Source of the DNA: Actinomycetota bacterium
Lineage (GTDB): Bacteria; Actinomycetota; Actinomycetes; Mycobacteriales; Mycobacteriaceae
Length of the DNA stretch: 64,000 bases
NCBI GenBank assembly: GCA_034190095.1
Contig: JAXHTL010000002.1
Span: 8,374-72,373, forward strand
Direction: 5' to 3'
Part shown: positions 46,764 to 56,757 of the stretch, piece by piece
Numbering within the stretch: the stretch's first letter is position 1
Layout of the letters: every line of letters begins with the position of its first letter
Position numbers and translations under genes: made by a program
The notes under the pieces: generated by a model
What the model saw: the letters and a program-made list of their open reading frames with translations, nothing else
Database searches by the model: none
What the model was told of the DNA's origin: nothing

Positions 46764-48336
46764 GGATCACCGTGCCCCGGTGCACGGTGCGGCGGCACCT
46801 CGGCAGCTGATCGTCGAGTCTGGGCAGCACCGGCACCCGGGAACGCGGATCGGTGGACCAGCGCTGGACCGCATCGGCGGGCGCCGCGACGTCGAACTCG
46901 TCGGCATCCCAGACCGCATAGGAGGCCGGCGCGCCGGGCACCAGGGTGCCGGTGAGGCCATCGCGGACCCCGCCGGCGCGCCAGGCTCCGCGGGTCGCCG
47001 CCGCGAACGCGGCGCGCGCCGAGATGGCGCTGCCGGGGCTGCGGTGCGTGGTGGCCGCACGGATGGTGGCCCACGGATCGATGCCGGTCACCGGGCTGTC
47101 GGAGCCGAACGCTAGGGGCACGCCTTGGGATGCTAACAGCGCGAAATTGTTCATCGGCGTGGCTCGGGCGATCCCGAGGCGCTGGGCATACATCCCGGTT
47201 TCCCCGCCCCAGAGCGCATCGAAGCCGGGCTGCATGCTGGCGATCACCCCCCAGCTGCCGAGTTTGGCGGCCTGCTCCCCGGTGACCATCTCGAGGTGCT
47301 CCAGGCGATGCCCGCACCGGGCCACCGCCACGGAACCGAACCGCTCCACAACCGTCTCCAGCCCGGCCACCACCGCGGCGACGGCCGCGTCGCCGATGGC
47401 GTGGAATCCGGCCGTGACCCCGGCTTCGGTGCAGGCCGAAAGGTGTGCGGTGATCGCCTCGACGTCGAGATACCGATTGCCCGTCGGGGCCGTACACCCG
47501 TCGGGGGCGTCGGCGTAGGGCTCATGCAGCCAGGCGGTGCGTGAGCCCAGCGCTCCGTCGACGAACAGGTCGCCGGCCAGCCCGTGGGCGCCGGTGGCGT
47601 CGATCAGCTCGCGCGCCTGCCCGGGGGTGGTCACCGCTTCGCCCCAGTAGCCGACGACGTCGACCCCGTGCCCGAGTGTCCGCAGTTCCTGCCAGTCCTG
47701 CAGCCCGGCGATATCGGGGCCGGCGCATTCGTGCACCGACACGATGCCCGCCGCGGCCGCGGCATCCAGGGCGGCCCGGCGCGCCGAGGACCGTTGGGCC
47801 GGGGTCAGCGCCGCCCGGGCGGCGGCGCGGACGCGGTGGTGTGCGTCGGCGGTGAGGGGGATGCCGTCGGCGACTCCGGCTTCCTGTCGGAGCCGGGTCG
47901 AGGCGACCGCGGAGTGGGCATCGATGCGAGCCAGGTAGGCCCGCCGACCGCCGACCGCGGCGTCCACCTCGGCGGTGCTCGGCGCCGCGGGTTCCGGCCA
48001 GGAGGTTTCATCCCACCCCTGCGCCCAGATCACGCCGTCGGGGTGGCTGCGGCTGTACTCGGTCAGCAGGTCCAGGCAGTGCCCCAGCGACGTCGCCGAG
48101 CGCAGGTCCAGGCCGGTGAGGGCGAGGCCGGTGGCGGTGACGTGGACGTGGCTGTCGACGAAGGCCGGGGCGACGAAGCCCCCGGCCAGGTCGACGACCG
48201 TGGCGTCGGGAAACTGGGCCCGGCCGATGTCGTCGCTGCCCAGCCAGGCGATCAGGCCGTCACGCACCGCCAGCGCGGTGGCGTCGGGCATGGCGGGGCT
48301 GTGCACGCGCCCGTTGAGCAGCAGAGTGGTGGTCAT
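46756..48336 (-). CDS. YtcJ-like metal-dependent amidohydrolase
   Basis: 526 aa. '[13 protein letters not shown]' metal motif and 'FGSDSP' C-terminal motif. 8-nt overlap with lnt. Confidence 0.85.
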   Translation of the reverse strand: MTTTLLLNGRVHSPAMPDATALAVRDGLIAWLGSDDIGRAQFPDATVVDLAGGFVAPAFVDSHVHVTATGLALTGLDLRSATSLGHCLDLLTEYSRSHPDGVIWAQGWDETSWPEPAAPSTAEVDAAVGGRRAYLARIDAHSAVASTRLRQEAGVADGIPLTADAHHRVRAAARAALTPAQRSSARRAALDAAAAAGIVSVHECAGPDIAGLQDWQELRTLGHGVDVVGYWGEAVTTPGQARELIDATGAHGLAGDLFVDGALGSRTAWLHEPYADAPDGCTAPTGNRYLDVEAITAHLSACTEAGVTAGFHAIGDAAVAAVVAGLETVVERFGSVAVARCGHRLEHLEMVTGEQAAKLGSWGVIASMQPGFDALWGGETGMYAQRLGIARATPMNNFALLASQGVPLAFGSDSPVTGIDPWATIRAATTHRSPGSAISARAAFAAATRGAWRAGGVRDGLTGTLVPGAPASYAVWDADEFDVAAPADAVQRWSTDPRSRVPVLPRLDDQLPRCRRTVHRGTVIHG

Positions 48337-48366
48337 GGCGTCGGTAGGTGCGCTGACGCGCGGAAT

Positions 48367-48873
48367 TCAGTCGGTCAGCCGACGCTGCTCGGCGCCGCGG
48401 GCGGACTGGTCGCCCGAGCCATCCGGGTCGTCGACCACGTCGATGACCTCGCCGTCGATGTAGTCACCGCGCCGCGAGGTGCGTCCGGCCATCCCGCCGA
48501 CGGTGCTGATGCCCACGATGAGCGGGGCACGCTTGGCCGCCAGCGCGGTGACCACCGGCCGGGCGGCGGCACGGGTGGGGGGCAGCAACAGCAGCGCGCC
48601 GAGGACGGAACTGGCCAGGCCGGGAATCACGACGAGCACGGTACCGAGTGCCACGAGCACGCTGTCGGTGACCGCCCCCTGGGCGTTGGCCATGGTCAGG
48701 CCGGACTGCAGGCGCTGCAGGTGGCGGCGCAGCTGCGAGCCGGCCAGCGCCAGCCCGACGACGAACGTGGCTCCGACCGCGAGGATCGTCCAGCCGAAAC
48801 CGATCGTCGAGACGAGCGCCACCAGCACGGCCAGTTCGACGACCGCGTAGACCAGGAACAGCCTCATCGCCAT
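48367..48873 (-). CDS. fxsA: FxsA-family membrane protein
   Basis: 168 aa. 'LFLVYAVVELAVLVALVSTIGFGWT', 'IPGLASSVLGALLLLPPTR'. Confidence 0.85.
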   Translation of the reverse strand: MAMRLFLVYAVVELAVLVALVSTIGFGWTILAVGATFVVGLALAGSQLRRHLQRLQSGLTMANAQGAVTDSVLVALGTVLVVIPGLASSVLGALLLLPPTRAAARPVVTALAAKRAPLIVGISTVGGMAGRTSRRGDYIDGEVIDVVDDPDGSGDQSARGAEQRRLTD

Positions 48874-48915
48874 AGTGTCTCAACGGGCGGACGACGCCGC
48901 GAGTTCCGGGGGCGG

Positions 48916-49323
48916 TTAGGAATCAGCTGTGAATGCCTCGACCTCGATCGCGGCATGCACCGAGTCGATGCCGCCGCGCAGCAGCGCCTGCGGCACGAAG
49001 TACCAGGCATGGTTCCAGTACCGCTTGACCACCATGGAGAACACCCGCCGGGTCTCGGACTTCGGCAGCATTCGCGCCACCGCCTCGACGGGTTCGCCCT
49101 TGACCTTGCCGAGGACGCCGCACTTCTGGATCGTGACGCGCGGGGTGTTGTTGATCCGCTTCGTCTTCCACGAGCCGTCGTCGGTGATGATCAGGAGCCT
49201 GTCGCCGTCCGGAACGCCCCACACGGGCGTCGGCTTGGGCCGGCCGTCCTTGGTGAAGGTGGTGAGAAGCAGGTACTTCTCGCGGTAGACGTCGGCGAAG
49301 GACGGTGCGGCCCTGTCAGCCAC
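48916..49323 (-). CDS. PPOX-class F420-dependent oxidoreductase (Rv2061c family)
   Basis: 135 aa. 'YLLLTTFTKDGRPKPTPVW...NTPRVTI'. Confidence 0.8.
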   Translation of the reverse strand: MADRAAPSFADVYREKYLLLTTFTKDGRPKPTPVWGVPDGDRLLIITDDGSWKTKRINNTPRVTIQKCGVLGKVKGEPVEAVARMLPKSETRRVFSMVVKRYWNHAWYFVPQALLRGGIDSVHAAIEVEAFTADS

Positions 49324-49326
49324 CGG

Positions 49327-49704
49327 TCAGGCCGCCTTGATCTCGAGAGCGACGTTGTTCTTCATGCCGCCCCGCATCTTGGAGAAGAAGTTGAAGGTCT
49401 TGCCGAGCAGCCCGTAGCGCCTGCCGATCGCGTCGTAGGCCTCCCCCGTCCTCGCCGGGTCCACCGAGGCCACTGCCTCGACGGCGTCGCTGAGCGGCTT
49501 TCCGCGCCGGTCGCAGACCGCGATGGTCACCCGGGGGGTGTTGCGGATCCGCTTGACCTTCCAGGACTTGCCCTGAGTGATCGCGATGAGGCCGTCGCCG
49601 TCGACGACCGCCCAGATGGGCGTCGGCTTGGGCCGGCCGTCCTTGGTGAAGGTGGTCAGCAGGATGTACTCGGATCCAGCGATGTCGGAGAAGGTGGGGG
49701 CCAT
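49327..49704 (-). CDS. PPOX-class F420-dependent oxidoreductase, tandem paralogue
   Basis: ATG at 49704, 125 aa. 'YILLTTFTKDGRPKPTPIW...NTPRVTI'. 3 nt from its paralogue. Confidence 0.8.
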   Translation of the reverse strand: MAPTFSDIAGSEYILLTTFTKDGRPKPTPIWAVVDGDGLIAITQGKSWKVKRIRNTPRVTIAVCDRRGKPLSDAVEAVASVDPARTGEAYDAIGRRYGLLGKTFNFFSKMRGGMKNNVALEIKAA

Positions 49705-49738
49705 GCCGACAATGTAGCTGCGGTCGCAGCCGATTACC

Positions 49739-51046
49739 TCAGGCCGCGAACTGGACCAGGTCGATGCTGAGTTGGTCTGCGACGATGCTGCGTCGGGTGA
49801 CCGGGGTTCCTGGTGCTGGTGGGGCCAGTGAGTAGTAGACCGCTCCGGTGGGGGTGCGGTATTCGGCGGTGTGGGCCCCGTCGTCATTGGTGGTGGTGAC
49901 CGTCCAGCCGGGGGCTTCTTTGGCGTAGTTGCAGGCTTGGCAGGCGCCCAGGCCGTTGAGCGCGCTGGTGGGGCCGTGCTCGCGGGCCGGGGTGGCGTGG
50001 TCGTGGTGGCGGATCGGGGCGTCACAGTGCGGGGTGCGGCAGCTCTGGTCGCGCAGCCCGATGAAGCGGGCCAGCCCTTTCGGGAACAGCCGGGCCTTCG
50101 ATTCCATCGCGACCAGCTGCCCGGATGCGGGGTGGCGGTAGAGGCGGCGCAGGCTGGCCTTGGCATTCTCGTCGGCGACCGCGTCACCGACCAGGCGGCG
50201 CACCACCGCCGCGGGCACCGGGCCGTAGCCCTGCAACCAGCCCGGGCACTCGTCGCCGCCGACCAGGGTGGTGTCGGCCAGCACCAGGTTCAGCGCCACC
50301 GACACCGGCTCGGTGACCGCGGTACCGGTGACGCGTTCGTAGAGGGTGTCGGCCATGACCTGACCGCGCGAGCGACCGTCGAACGTGGTCTCGGCCTCGC
50401 GTTTGAGCGCGGCATACACCCCGACCCCCTGGGCCACCGGCAGCAGCGCGGACACATAGACCATGGCATCCGGAGCCGGACGGATACTCACACACCGGTC
50501 CTTCTCGGCTTTGGCGGCCCGGTCGACGACCGCGGCGGCGTCCAGGCGCGCGGCGATCTTCTTGGCCTCGGCCTCGACGCGTTTGTTTCCCCACCCGGCC
50601 AGCCGGGCCGCATCGGCACACAACTCGGCATCGAGTCGGCCGCGGTGCTCGACACTCAGGCAAGCCGATTCGCGCACGATCAGCGTGGCCCGCCATTCCG
50701 AGAGCACCCCGGCCTCCAGCGCGGCCAGGGTATGGGGCATCTCGGTCACCAGCGCGCGGGCCAACCCGAGATGGCGGCCACCGAGTGCCGGGGCGTCGCG
50801 ACGGGCCAGCGCCACCTCGGCGGCCAGCCCCTTGCCGCGCTGGGCCGCGGGCACCCCGGCCGCGGCCTCGGCGGCGCGGCGTTTGTCGGCCCACAACGCC
50901 GTGGCCCGGGCCTGCGCGGCCGCGGCGGCCGACTTGAGCTGTTCGCAGCGCTCAACCAACGCCCGCAACTCGGCCTCCCCCGCCGCCGGGTCGATATCGA
51001 ACAGACTTTCGAACACGACACCGACGCTACCCCGGCGCACCGACAA
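49739..51046 (-). CDS. DUF222 + HNH endonuclease protein (REP13E12-family-like selfish gene)
   Basis: 435 aa. N-terminal DUF222-type region ('AELRALVERCEQLKSAAAAAQARATALW'). C-terminal HNH ('CRTPHCDAPIRHHDH...NGLGACQACNYAKE'). Confidence 0.85.
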   Translation of the reverse strand: MSVRRGSVGVVFESLFDIDPAAGEAELRALVERCEQLKSAAAAAQARATALWADKRRAAEAAAGVPAAQRGKGLAAEVALARRDAPALGGRHLGLARALVTEMPHTLAALEAGVLSEWRATLIVRESACLSVEHRGRLDAELCADAARLAGWGNKRVEAEAKKIAARLDAAAVVDRAAKAEKDRCVSIRPAPDAMVYVSALLPVAQGVGVYAALKREAETTFDGRSRGQVMADTLYERVTGTAVTEPVSVALNLVLADTTLVGGDECPGWLQGYGPVPAAVVRRLVGDAVADENAKASLRRLYRHPASGQLVAMESKARLFPKGLARFIGLRDQSCRTPHCDAPIRHHDHATPAREHGPTSALNGLGACQACNYAKEAPGWTVTTTNDDGAHTAEYRTPTGAVYYSLAPPAPGTPVTRRSIVADQLSIDLVQFAA

Positions 51047-51052
51047 GCCGGC

Positions 51053-54000
51053 TCAGCCCTCGAGGTCGCCCTCGGTTTCGAGCAGCACCTGGCGCAGGCC
51101 GTCCAGCGTCGCCTGCTCGGGCTTGGCCCACATACCGCGCCCGGCCGCCTCCAGCAGTCGCTCGGCCATACCGTGCAGCGCCCACGGGTTGGACTCGGAC
51201 ATGAACTTGCGGTTCTCGTCGTCGAGCACATAGCTCGCGGACAGCTGCTCGTACATCCAGTCCGCCATCACCCCGGCGGTGGCGTCGTAGCCGAACAGAT
51301 AGTCCACCGTGGCCGCCATCTCGAAGGCGCCCTTGTAGCCGTGCCGGCGCATCGCCGACATCCACCGCGGGTTGACCACCCGGGCCCGGAACACCCGCGT
51401 GGTCTCCTCGGACAGCGTCCGGGTGCGCACCGACTCCGGCCGGGTGTTGTCGCCGATGTAGGCCGCGGGCGCCGTGCCGGTCAGCGCCCGCACCGTGGCC
51501 ACCATGCCGCCGTGGTACTGGAAGTAGTCGTCGGAATCGGCGATGTCGTGCTCACGGGTGTCGGTGTTCTTGGCCGCGACCACGATCCGCCGGTAGGCCC
51601 GGTTCATGTCGTCGCTCGCCGGCGCTCCGTCCAGGCCGCGGCCGTAGGCGAAACCGCCCCACGCGGTGTACACCTCGGCCAGGTCGGCATCGTCCCGCCA
51701 GTTGCGACTGTCGATCAACTGCAACAGACCGGCACCGTAGGTTCCCGGCTTCGAACCGAAAATCCTGGTGGTAGAACGTCGTTGATCACCATGCTCGGCC
51801 AGGTCGGCCTGGGCGTGCGCGCGCACGAAGTTGTCCTCGGCCGGCTCATCCAGGCCGGCGACCAGGTTCACCGCGTCGTCGAGCATCGACACCACATGCG
51901 GGAAGGCGTCGCGGAAGAACCCGGAGATCCGCACGGTGACGTCGATGCGGGGGCGTCCGAGTTCGGCCAGCGCGATCGGTTCCAGGTCCACCACCCGGCG
52001 CGAGGCGTCATCCCAGACCGGCCGAACACCCAGCAGCGCAAGGACTTCCCCGATGTCGTCGCCGGCGGTGCGCATCGCCGAGGTTCCCCACACCGACAGC
52101 CCCACCGACTGCGGCCACTGGCCGTGGTCGTCGCGGTAGCGCGCCAGCAGCGAGTCCGCCAGCCCCTGACCGGTCTCCCAGGCCAGCCGGGACGGAACGG
52201 CCTTGGGGTCCACCGAGTAGAAGTTGCGGCCGGTCGGCAGGACGTTGACCAGCCCGCGCAGCGGCGAGCCGGACGGGCCGGCCGGGATGAACCGCCCGTC
52301 CAGCGCCCGCAACACCTGCTCGACCTCGCCGGCGGTTCCAGCCAGCCTCGGCACCACCTCCGCAGCGGCGAACCGCAGGATCGCCGCGACGTCGGGGTCG
52401 TCGGTGAGGGTGTCCACGACGCCGGCGTCCCAGCCGCTGTCCTGCAGCGCGGCAACCAGTTCCCGGGCCCGCGCCTCGGCCGCGTCCACCGCCGTGCGGT
52501 CGTCCTTGCCGTCCTCACGCAGGCCCAGCGCCTGCCGCAGGCCCGGCACGGTCTGCTCGCCGCCGAACAACTGGCGCGCCCGCAGGATCGCCAGCACCAG
52601 GTCGAGTTCGCTCTCCCCCGTCGGCTCTTCGCCGAGGATGTGCAGGCCGTCGCGAATCTGGACGTCCTTGATCTCGCACAGCCAGCCGTCGACGTGCAGG
52701 AGCATGTCGTCGAACGACTCCTCGTCCGGCCGGTCTTCCAGCCCGAGGTCGTGGTCCATCTTGGCCGCCCGCATCAGCGTCCAGATCTGCTGCCGGATGG
52801 CCGGCAGCTTGCCGGGGTCCAGGGCCGAGATGTTGGCGTGCTCGTCGAGAAGCTGCTCGAGGCGCGCGATGTCGCCGTAGGTCTCGGCGCGAGCCATCGG
52901 CGGGATGAGGTGGTCGACCAGGGTGGCGTGGGCGCGGCGTTTGGCCTGGGTGCCCTCACCGGGATCGTTGACCAGGAACGGGTAGATCAGCGGCAGGTCG
53001 CCCAGGGCGGCGTCGGTGCCGCACGACGCCGACATCCCCAGGGTCTTGCCGGGCAGCCATTCCAGGTTGCCGTGCTTGCCCAGGTGCACGATCGCGTCGG
53101 CACCGAACGATCTCGAGGAGTCGTCGCCGAAGTCGGCCGACAGCCAGCGGTAGGCAGCCAGATAGTGGTGACTGGGCGGAAGGTCGGGGTCGTGGTAGAT
53201 CGCCACCGGGTTCTCGCCGAACCCGCGCGGCGGCTGCACCATCAGCACCAGGTTGCCGGAGCGCATCGCGGCGATGACGATCTCGCCGTCCGGGTCGGCG
53301 CTGCGGTCGACGAACAGGTCACCGGGTGGCGGGCCCCAGTGTTCGACCACCGCGTCGGCGAAATCGCCCGGCAGGGTGGCAAACCAGGCCCGGTAGTCGC
53401 GGGCCGACACCCGGATCGGGTTGCCCGCCAGCTGGCCGTCGGTCAGCCATTCCGGGTCCTGGCCGCCGCGCTCGATGAGGGCGTGCATCAGGGCGTCCCC
53501 GTCGTTGGCTGCGAGACCCGGGACCTCCCCCACCGCGTAGCCATGCTCCTGCATCGCCCGCAACAACGCGATCGCGCTGGCCGGGGTGTCGAGCCCGACC
53601 GCGTTACCGATGCGCGAGTGCTTGGTCGGGTAGGCCGAGAACACCACGGCGACCCGCTTGTCGGCCGGGCGAATCGAGCGCAGCCGCGCGTGGCGCACCG
53701 CCAGTCCGGCGACCCGGGCGCAGCGCTCGGGATCGGCGACGTAGGAGATCAGCCCCTCGTCGTCGATCTCCTTGAACGAGAACGGGACCGTGATCAGCCG
53801 GCCGTCGAATTCGGGCACCGCCACCTGGGTGGCGACGTCGAGGGGTGACAGGCCGTCGTCGTTGCCCTCCCACTGCGCCCGCGAGCTCGTCAGGCACAGG
53901 CCCTGCAGGATCGGCACGTCGAGGGCGGCCAGGTGCGCCACATTCCAGGAGTCGTCGACGCCACCGGCGGCGGCGGTGGCCGGCGTGGCGCCGCCGGCGG

Positions 54001-54688
54001 CCAGCACGGTGGTGATCATCGCGTCGGCCGATCCCAGCAGGTCGATCAGGTCCGCGTCGGCGGTGCGCAGCGACGCGCAGAACACCGGAAGCGGGTTCCC
54101 GCCGGCATGTTCGATCGCGTCACACAGCGCTTCGATGTATGCGGTGTTGCCGGCCAGGTGCTGGGCGCGGTAGTAGAGCACGGCGACGGTGGGCCCGTCC
54201 CGGCGCGCGGCCGGGCGCTCCAGCACCCCCCAGGTGGGGGTGCTCTGCGGTTCGGCGAAACCGAAGCCGGTCATCAGCACGGTGTCGCACAGGAACGCAT
54301 GCAGGTTCGTCAGATTCTCCACGCCGCCCTGGGCCAGGTAGACGTGCGCCTGCAGCGCCACCCCGGCCGGGACGGTCGAGTGGTTCATCAGGTCGGCGTC
54401 GGCGGCCTGCTCGCCGCTGACCACCACGGCGGGCACTCCGCTGGCCACCACGGTGTCGATGCCGTCCTCCCAGGCCCGGTAGCCGCCCAGGATGCGAACC
54501 ACCACGATGTCGGCTGCGGCCAGCAGTTCCTCGAGCTCACCGTCGACCAGGCGGGCCGGATTGGCCCACCGGTAGCGGGCGGCCCCGGCGCGGGCGGTGA
54601 TCAGATCCGTGTCGGACGTCGACAGCAGCAGGACGGTCGGGGTTTGGCCGGTGGCGGCGGGCACGGTCACCCCCCATTCGTACCGCAT
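51053..54688 (-). CDS. cobN: cobaltochelatase large subunit CobN
   Basis: 1211 aa, CobN/Mg-chelatase family along its whole length ('VLLLSTSDTDL...'). Synteny with the cob genes. Confidence 0.95.
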   Translation of the reverse strand: MRYEWGVTVPAATGQTPTVLLLSTSDTDLITARAGAARYRWANPARLVDGELEELLAAADIVVVRILGGYRAWEDGIDTVVASGVPAVVVSGEQAADADLMNHSTVPAGVALQAHVYLAQGGVENLTNLHAFLCDTVLMTGFGFAEPQSTPTWGVLERPAARRDGPTVAVLYYRAQHLAGNTAYIEALCDAIEHAGGNPLPVFCASLRTADADLIDLLGSADAMITTVLAAGGATPATAAAGGVDDSWNVAHLAALDVPILQGLCLTSSRAQWEGNDDGLSPLDVATQVAVPEFDGRLITVPFSFKEIDDEGLISYVADPERCARVAGLAVRHARLRSIRPADKRVAVVFSAYPTKHSRIGNAVGLDTPASAIALLRAMQEHGYAVGEVPGLAANDGDALMHALIERGGQDPEWLTDGQLAGNPIRVSARDYRAWFATLPGDFADAVVEHWGPPPGDLFVDRSADPDGEIVIAAMRSGNLVLMVQPPRGFGENPVAIYHDPDLPPSHHYLAAYRWLSADFGDDSSRSFGADAIVHLGKHGNLEWLPGKTLGMSASCGTDAALGDLPLIYPFLVNDPGEGTQAKRRAHATLVDHLIPPMARAETYGDIARLEQLLDEHANISALDPGKLPAIRQQIWTLMRAAKMDHDLGLEDRPDEESFDDMLLHVDGWLCEIKDVQIRDGLHILGEEPTGESELDLVLAILRARQLFGGEQTVPGLRQALGLREDGKDDRTAVDAAEARARELVAALQDSGWDAGVVDTLTDDPDVAAILRFAAAEVVPRLAGTAGEVEQVLRALDGRFIPAGPSGSPLRGLVNVLPTGRNFYSVDPKAVPSRLAWETGQGLADSLLARYRDDHGQWPQSVGLSVWGTSAMRTAGDDIGEVLALLGVRPVWDDASRRVVDLEPIALAELGRPRIDVTVRISGFFRDAFPHVVSMLDDAVNLVAGLDEPAEDNFVRAHAQADLAEHGDQRRSTTRIFGSKPGTYGAGLLQLIDSRNWRDDADLAEVYTAWGGFAYGRGLDGAPASDDMNRAYRRIVVAAKNTDTREHDIADSDDYFQYHGGMVATVRALTGTAPAAYIGDNTRPESVRTRTLSEETTRVFRARVVNPRWMSAMRRHGYKGAFEMAATVDYLFGYDATAGVMADWMYEQLSASYVLDDENRKFMSESNPWALHGMAERLLEAAGRGMWAKPEQATLDGLRQVLLETEGDLEG

Positions 54689-54742
54689 ACGGCACAGCCG
54701 AGGCCCGCAGGCGCCGTGGCCCTCGACGTTCGGCGAGCCCGC

Positions 54743-54847
54743 TCAGCGGCGCGGATTCCACCGCCCGTACCAGGTCTGCCGGTACGGACTGCCCAGCAGT
54801 GCGGACAGCAGCAGGATCACTGCGGCGAAGACGATGACGGTGAACAT
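54743..54847 (-). CDS. possible 34-aa single-TM micro-protein upstream of cobN
   Basis: ATG preceded by GGGAAGGGAA. Translation MFTVIVFAAVILLLSALLGSPYRQTWYGRWNPRR. GC3-rich. Below the ORF-track length cut-off. No homology recognised. Confidence 0.3.
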   Translation of the reverse strand: MFTVIVFAAVILLLSALLGSPYRQTWYGRWNPRR

Positions 54848-54999
54848 CGGCGTTCCCTTCCCTCGACCCGTTGTTCAACACGGGTTCAGTAGGCAAACGG
54901 TACCGCCGGTATCGCCCGCAGAGCCGCTACTGTGCCGGACCGGACGTCCGCCCGCGGCTGTGGCCGTGGTCACACCGCGCCCCCCGGTAGCGTGAACGG

Positions 55000-56121
55000 A
55001 TGGCCCGGGCACGAGACGACGACGCCTGCCCCGGCGCGCTCACGACGCACACCGCCGCCGACGGCCAGCTCGCCCGGATCCGGTTGCCCGGCGGCATCAT
55101 CGGCGCAGACCAACTCGAGGCGCTGGCCCTGACCGCCATCGAGTTCGGGTCCCCGAACCTGGAACTGACCTCGCGGGGCAACATCCAGATCCGCGGCCTG
55201 CGCGATGCGCGCGCGGCCGCACGGGGTCTCGACGCGGCGGGGCTGCTGCCCTCCGCCGAGCACGAACGGGTCCGCAACATCGTCGCCTCACCGCTGTCCG
55301 GACGGCGCGGCGGGCTGCGTGACACCCGCGGCGACGTGGCCGCGCTCGATGCCGCGCTGCAGCAGGACCCCCGGCTGATCGGCCTGCCGGGACGTTTCCT
55401 GTTCAGCATCGACGACGGCCGCGGCGACGTCTCGGGGCTGGGAGCCGACGCCGGCACGCACGCCCTCGACGCGGCGACCGCGGCGATCCTGCTGGCCGGC
55501 CGCGACACCGGGGTGCGCATCGATGCCGGCGACACCGTGCAGGCGCTGCTCGGGCTCGCCCACCGCTTCCTGGACATCCGCGGCACGGCGTGGCGGACCG
55601 CCGAGCTCGACGACCCGCAGGCCCTGCTCGGTGACCTGACACCGTCCGGCCCCACCGGGACGCCCTTCCCGCCCACCAACCGCCCGCCGGTGGGGTGGAT
55701 CGACCAGGACGACGGCCGGGTCACCCTGGGGGCCGCGGTTCGGCTGGGCGTGCTCGAGGCCGAGGTGGCGCGATACCTGGCGGCGGTGGGCGCGCCACTC
55801 GCTGTGACGCCGTGGCGGTCGGTGCTGTTGTTCGACCTCGATGAGCAGACTGCCGACGTCGCGCTGCGGGTGCTGGCTCCGCTGGGCCTGGTGTTCGACG
55901 AGAACTCACCGTGGCTGACGCTCTCGGCCTGCACCGGCTCCCCCGGCTGCGCCCGGTCACTGGCCGACGTGCGCGCCGATGCCACCGCCGCGCTCACCGA
56001 CACCGCCTCCGGCGTGCATCGGCACTTCGTCGGCTGCGAACGCGCCTGCGGCAGCCCCGCCGAAGGTCAGGTGCTGATCGCGACGGGAGACGGCTACCAG
56101 CCCCGGGAGGCCCACCCGTAG
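55000..56121 (+). CDS. cobG: precorrin-3B synthase
   Basis: 373 aa. N-terminal 'DACPGAL', sulfite-reductase-like halves, and C-terminal Cys cluster 'CTGSPGCARS...GCERACG'. Confidence 0.9.
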   Translation: MARARDDDACPGALTTHTAADGQLARIRLPGGIIGADQLEALALTAIEFGSPNLELTSRGNIQIRGLRDARAAARGLDAAGLLPSAEHERVRNIVASPLSGRRGGLRDTRGDVAALDAALQQDPRLIGLPGRFLFSIDDGRGDVSGLGADAGTHALDAATAAILLAGRDTGVRIDAGDTVQALLGLAHRFLDIRGTAWRTAELDDPQALLGDLTPSGPTGTPFPPTNRPPVGWIDQDDGRVTLGAAVRLGVLEAEVARYLAAVGAPLAVTPWRSVLLFDLDEQTADVALRVLAPLGLVFDENSPWLTLSACTGSPGCARSLADVRADATAALTDTASGVHRHFVGCERACGSPAEGQVLIATGDGYQPREAHP

Positions 56122-56130
56122 GGTGAGCGG

Positions 56131-56757
56131 GTGCTCGACTACATCCGTGACGCCGCCGAGATCTACCGGCAGTCGTTCGCGACGATCCGGGCCGAGGCCG
56201 ACCTGGCACGCTTCCCCGACGAGGTCGCACGGGTGGTGGTCCGGTTGATCCACACCTGCGGCCAGGTCGACGTCGCCGACCATGTCGTCTTCACCCCCGA
56301 CGTCGTCGCCCGCGCGCACGCCGCGCTCGCGGCCGGAGCGCCGATCCTGTGCGACTCGTCGATGGTCGCCGCCGGGATCACCCGCTCGCGGCTGCCCGCC
56401 GACAACGAGGTGGTCTCGCTGGTCGCCGACGAACGCGCCCCCGAACTGGCCCGCCGGCTGGGCAGCACCCGGTCGGCAGCCGGGGTGGACCTGTGGGCCG
56501 ACCGGATGGCCGGCGCCGTCATGGCCATCGGCAACGCACCCACGGCGCTGTTCCGGCTGCTCGAAATCGTCGACGAGGGGGCCGCCGCGCCGGCCGCGGT
56601 ACTCGGCGGCCCGGTCGGCTTCGTCGGTTCGGCACAGTCCAAGCAGGAGCTCGTCGACAACCCGCGGGGCATGTCCTATCTGATGGTCACCGGGCGGCGC
56701 GGCGGAAGCGCAATGGCCGCCGCGGCAGTCAACGCGATCGCGAACGACGTCGAATGA
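56131..56757 (+). CDS. cobH: precorrin-8X methylmutase
   Basis: 208 aa, CbiC/CobH family ('IHTCGQVD', 'AIGNAPTAL'). ATGA overlap with the next gene. Confidence 0.9.
   Translation: MLDYIRDAAEIYRQSFATIRAEADLARFPDEVARVVVRLIHTCGQVDVADHVVFTPDVVARAHAALAAGAPILCDSSMVAAGITRSRLPADNEVVSLVADERAPELARRLGSTRSAAGVDLWADRMAGAVMAIGNAPTALFRLLEIVDEGAAAPAAVLGGPVGFVGSAQSKQELVDNPRGMSYLMVTGRRGGSAMAAAAVNAIANDVE

Noticed and set aside
49871-53848. 1325-aa ORF on the + strand, the longest in the track
   Set aside because: It is antisense to cobN and the HNH gene. Its composition is dominated by Arg/Gly/Pro/His/Val ('GRGGVVVVADRGVTVRGAA...'), typical of open antisense frames in high-GC DNA. cobN on the other strand has an unmistakable family signature.
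55001-55031. B12-box-like 'GAGAC...GCCTGCC' that would complete a plus-strand cobalamin riboswitch
   Set aside because: It lies inside cobG and encodes the N-terminal 'DACPG' motif that I recall as conserved near CobG N-termini, so the resemblance is most likely coincidental.
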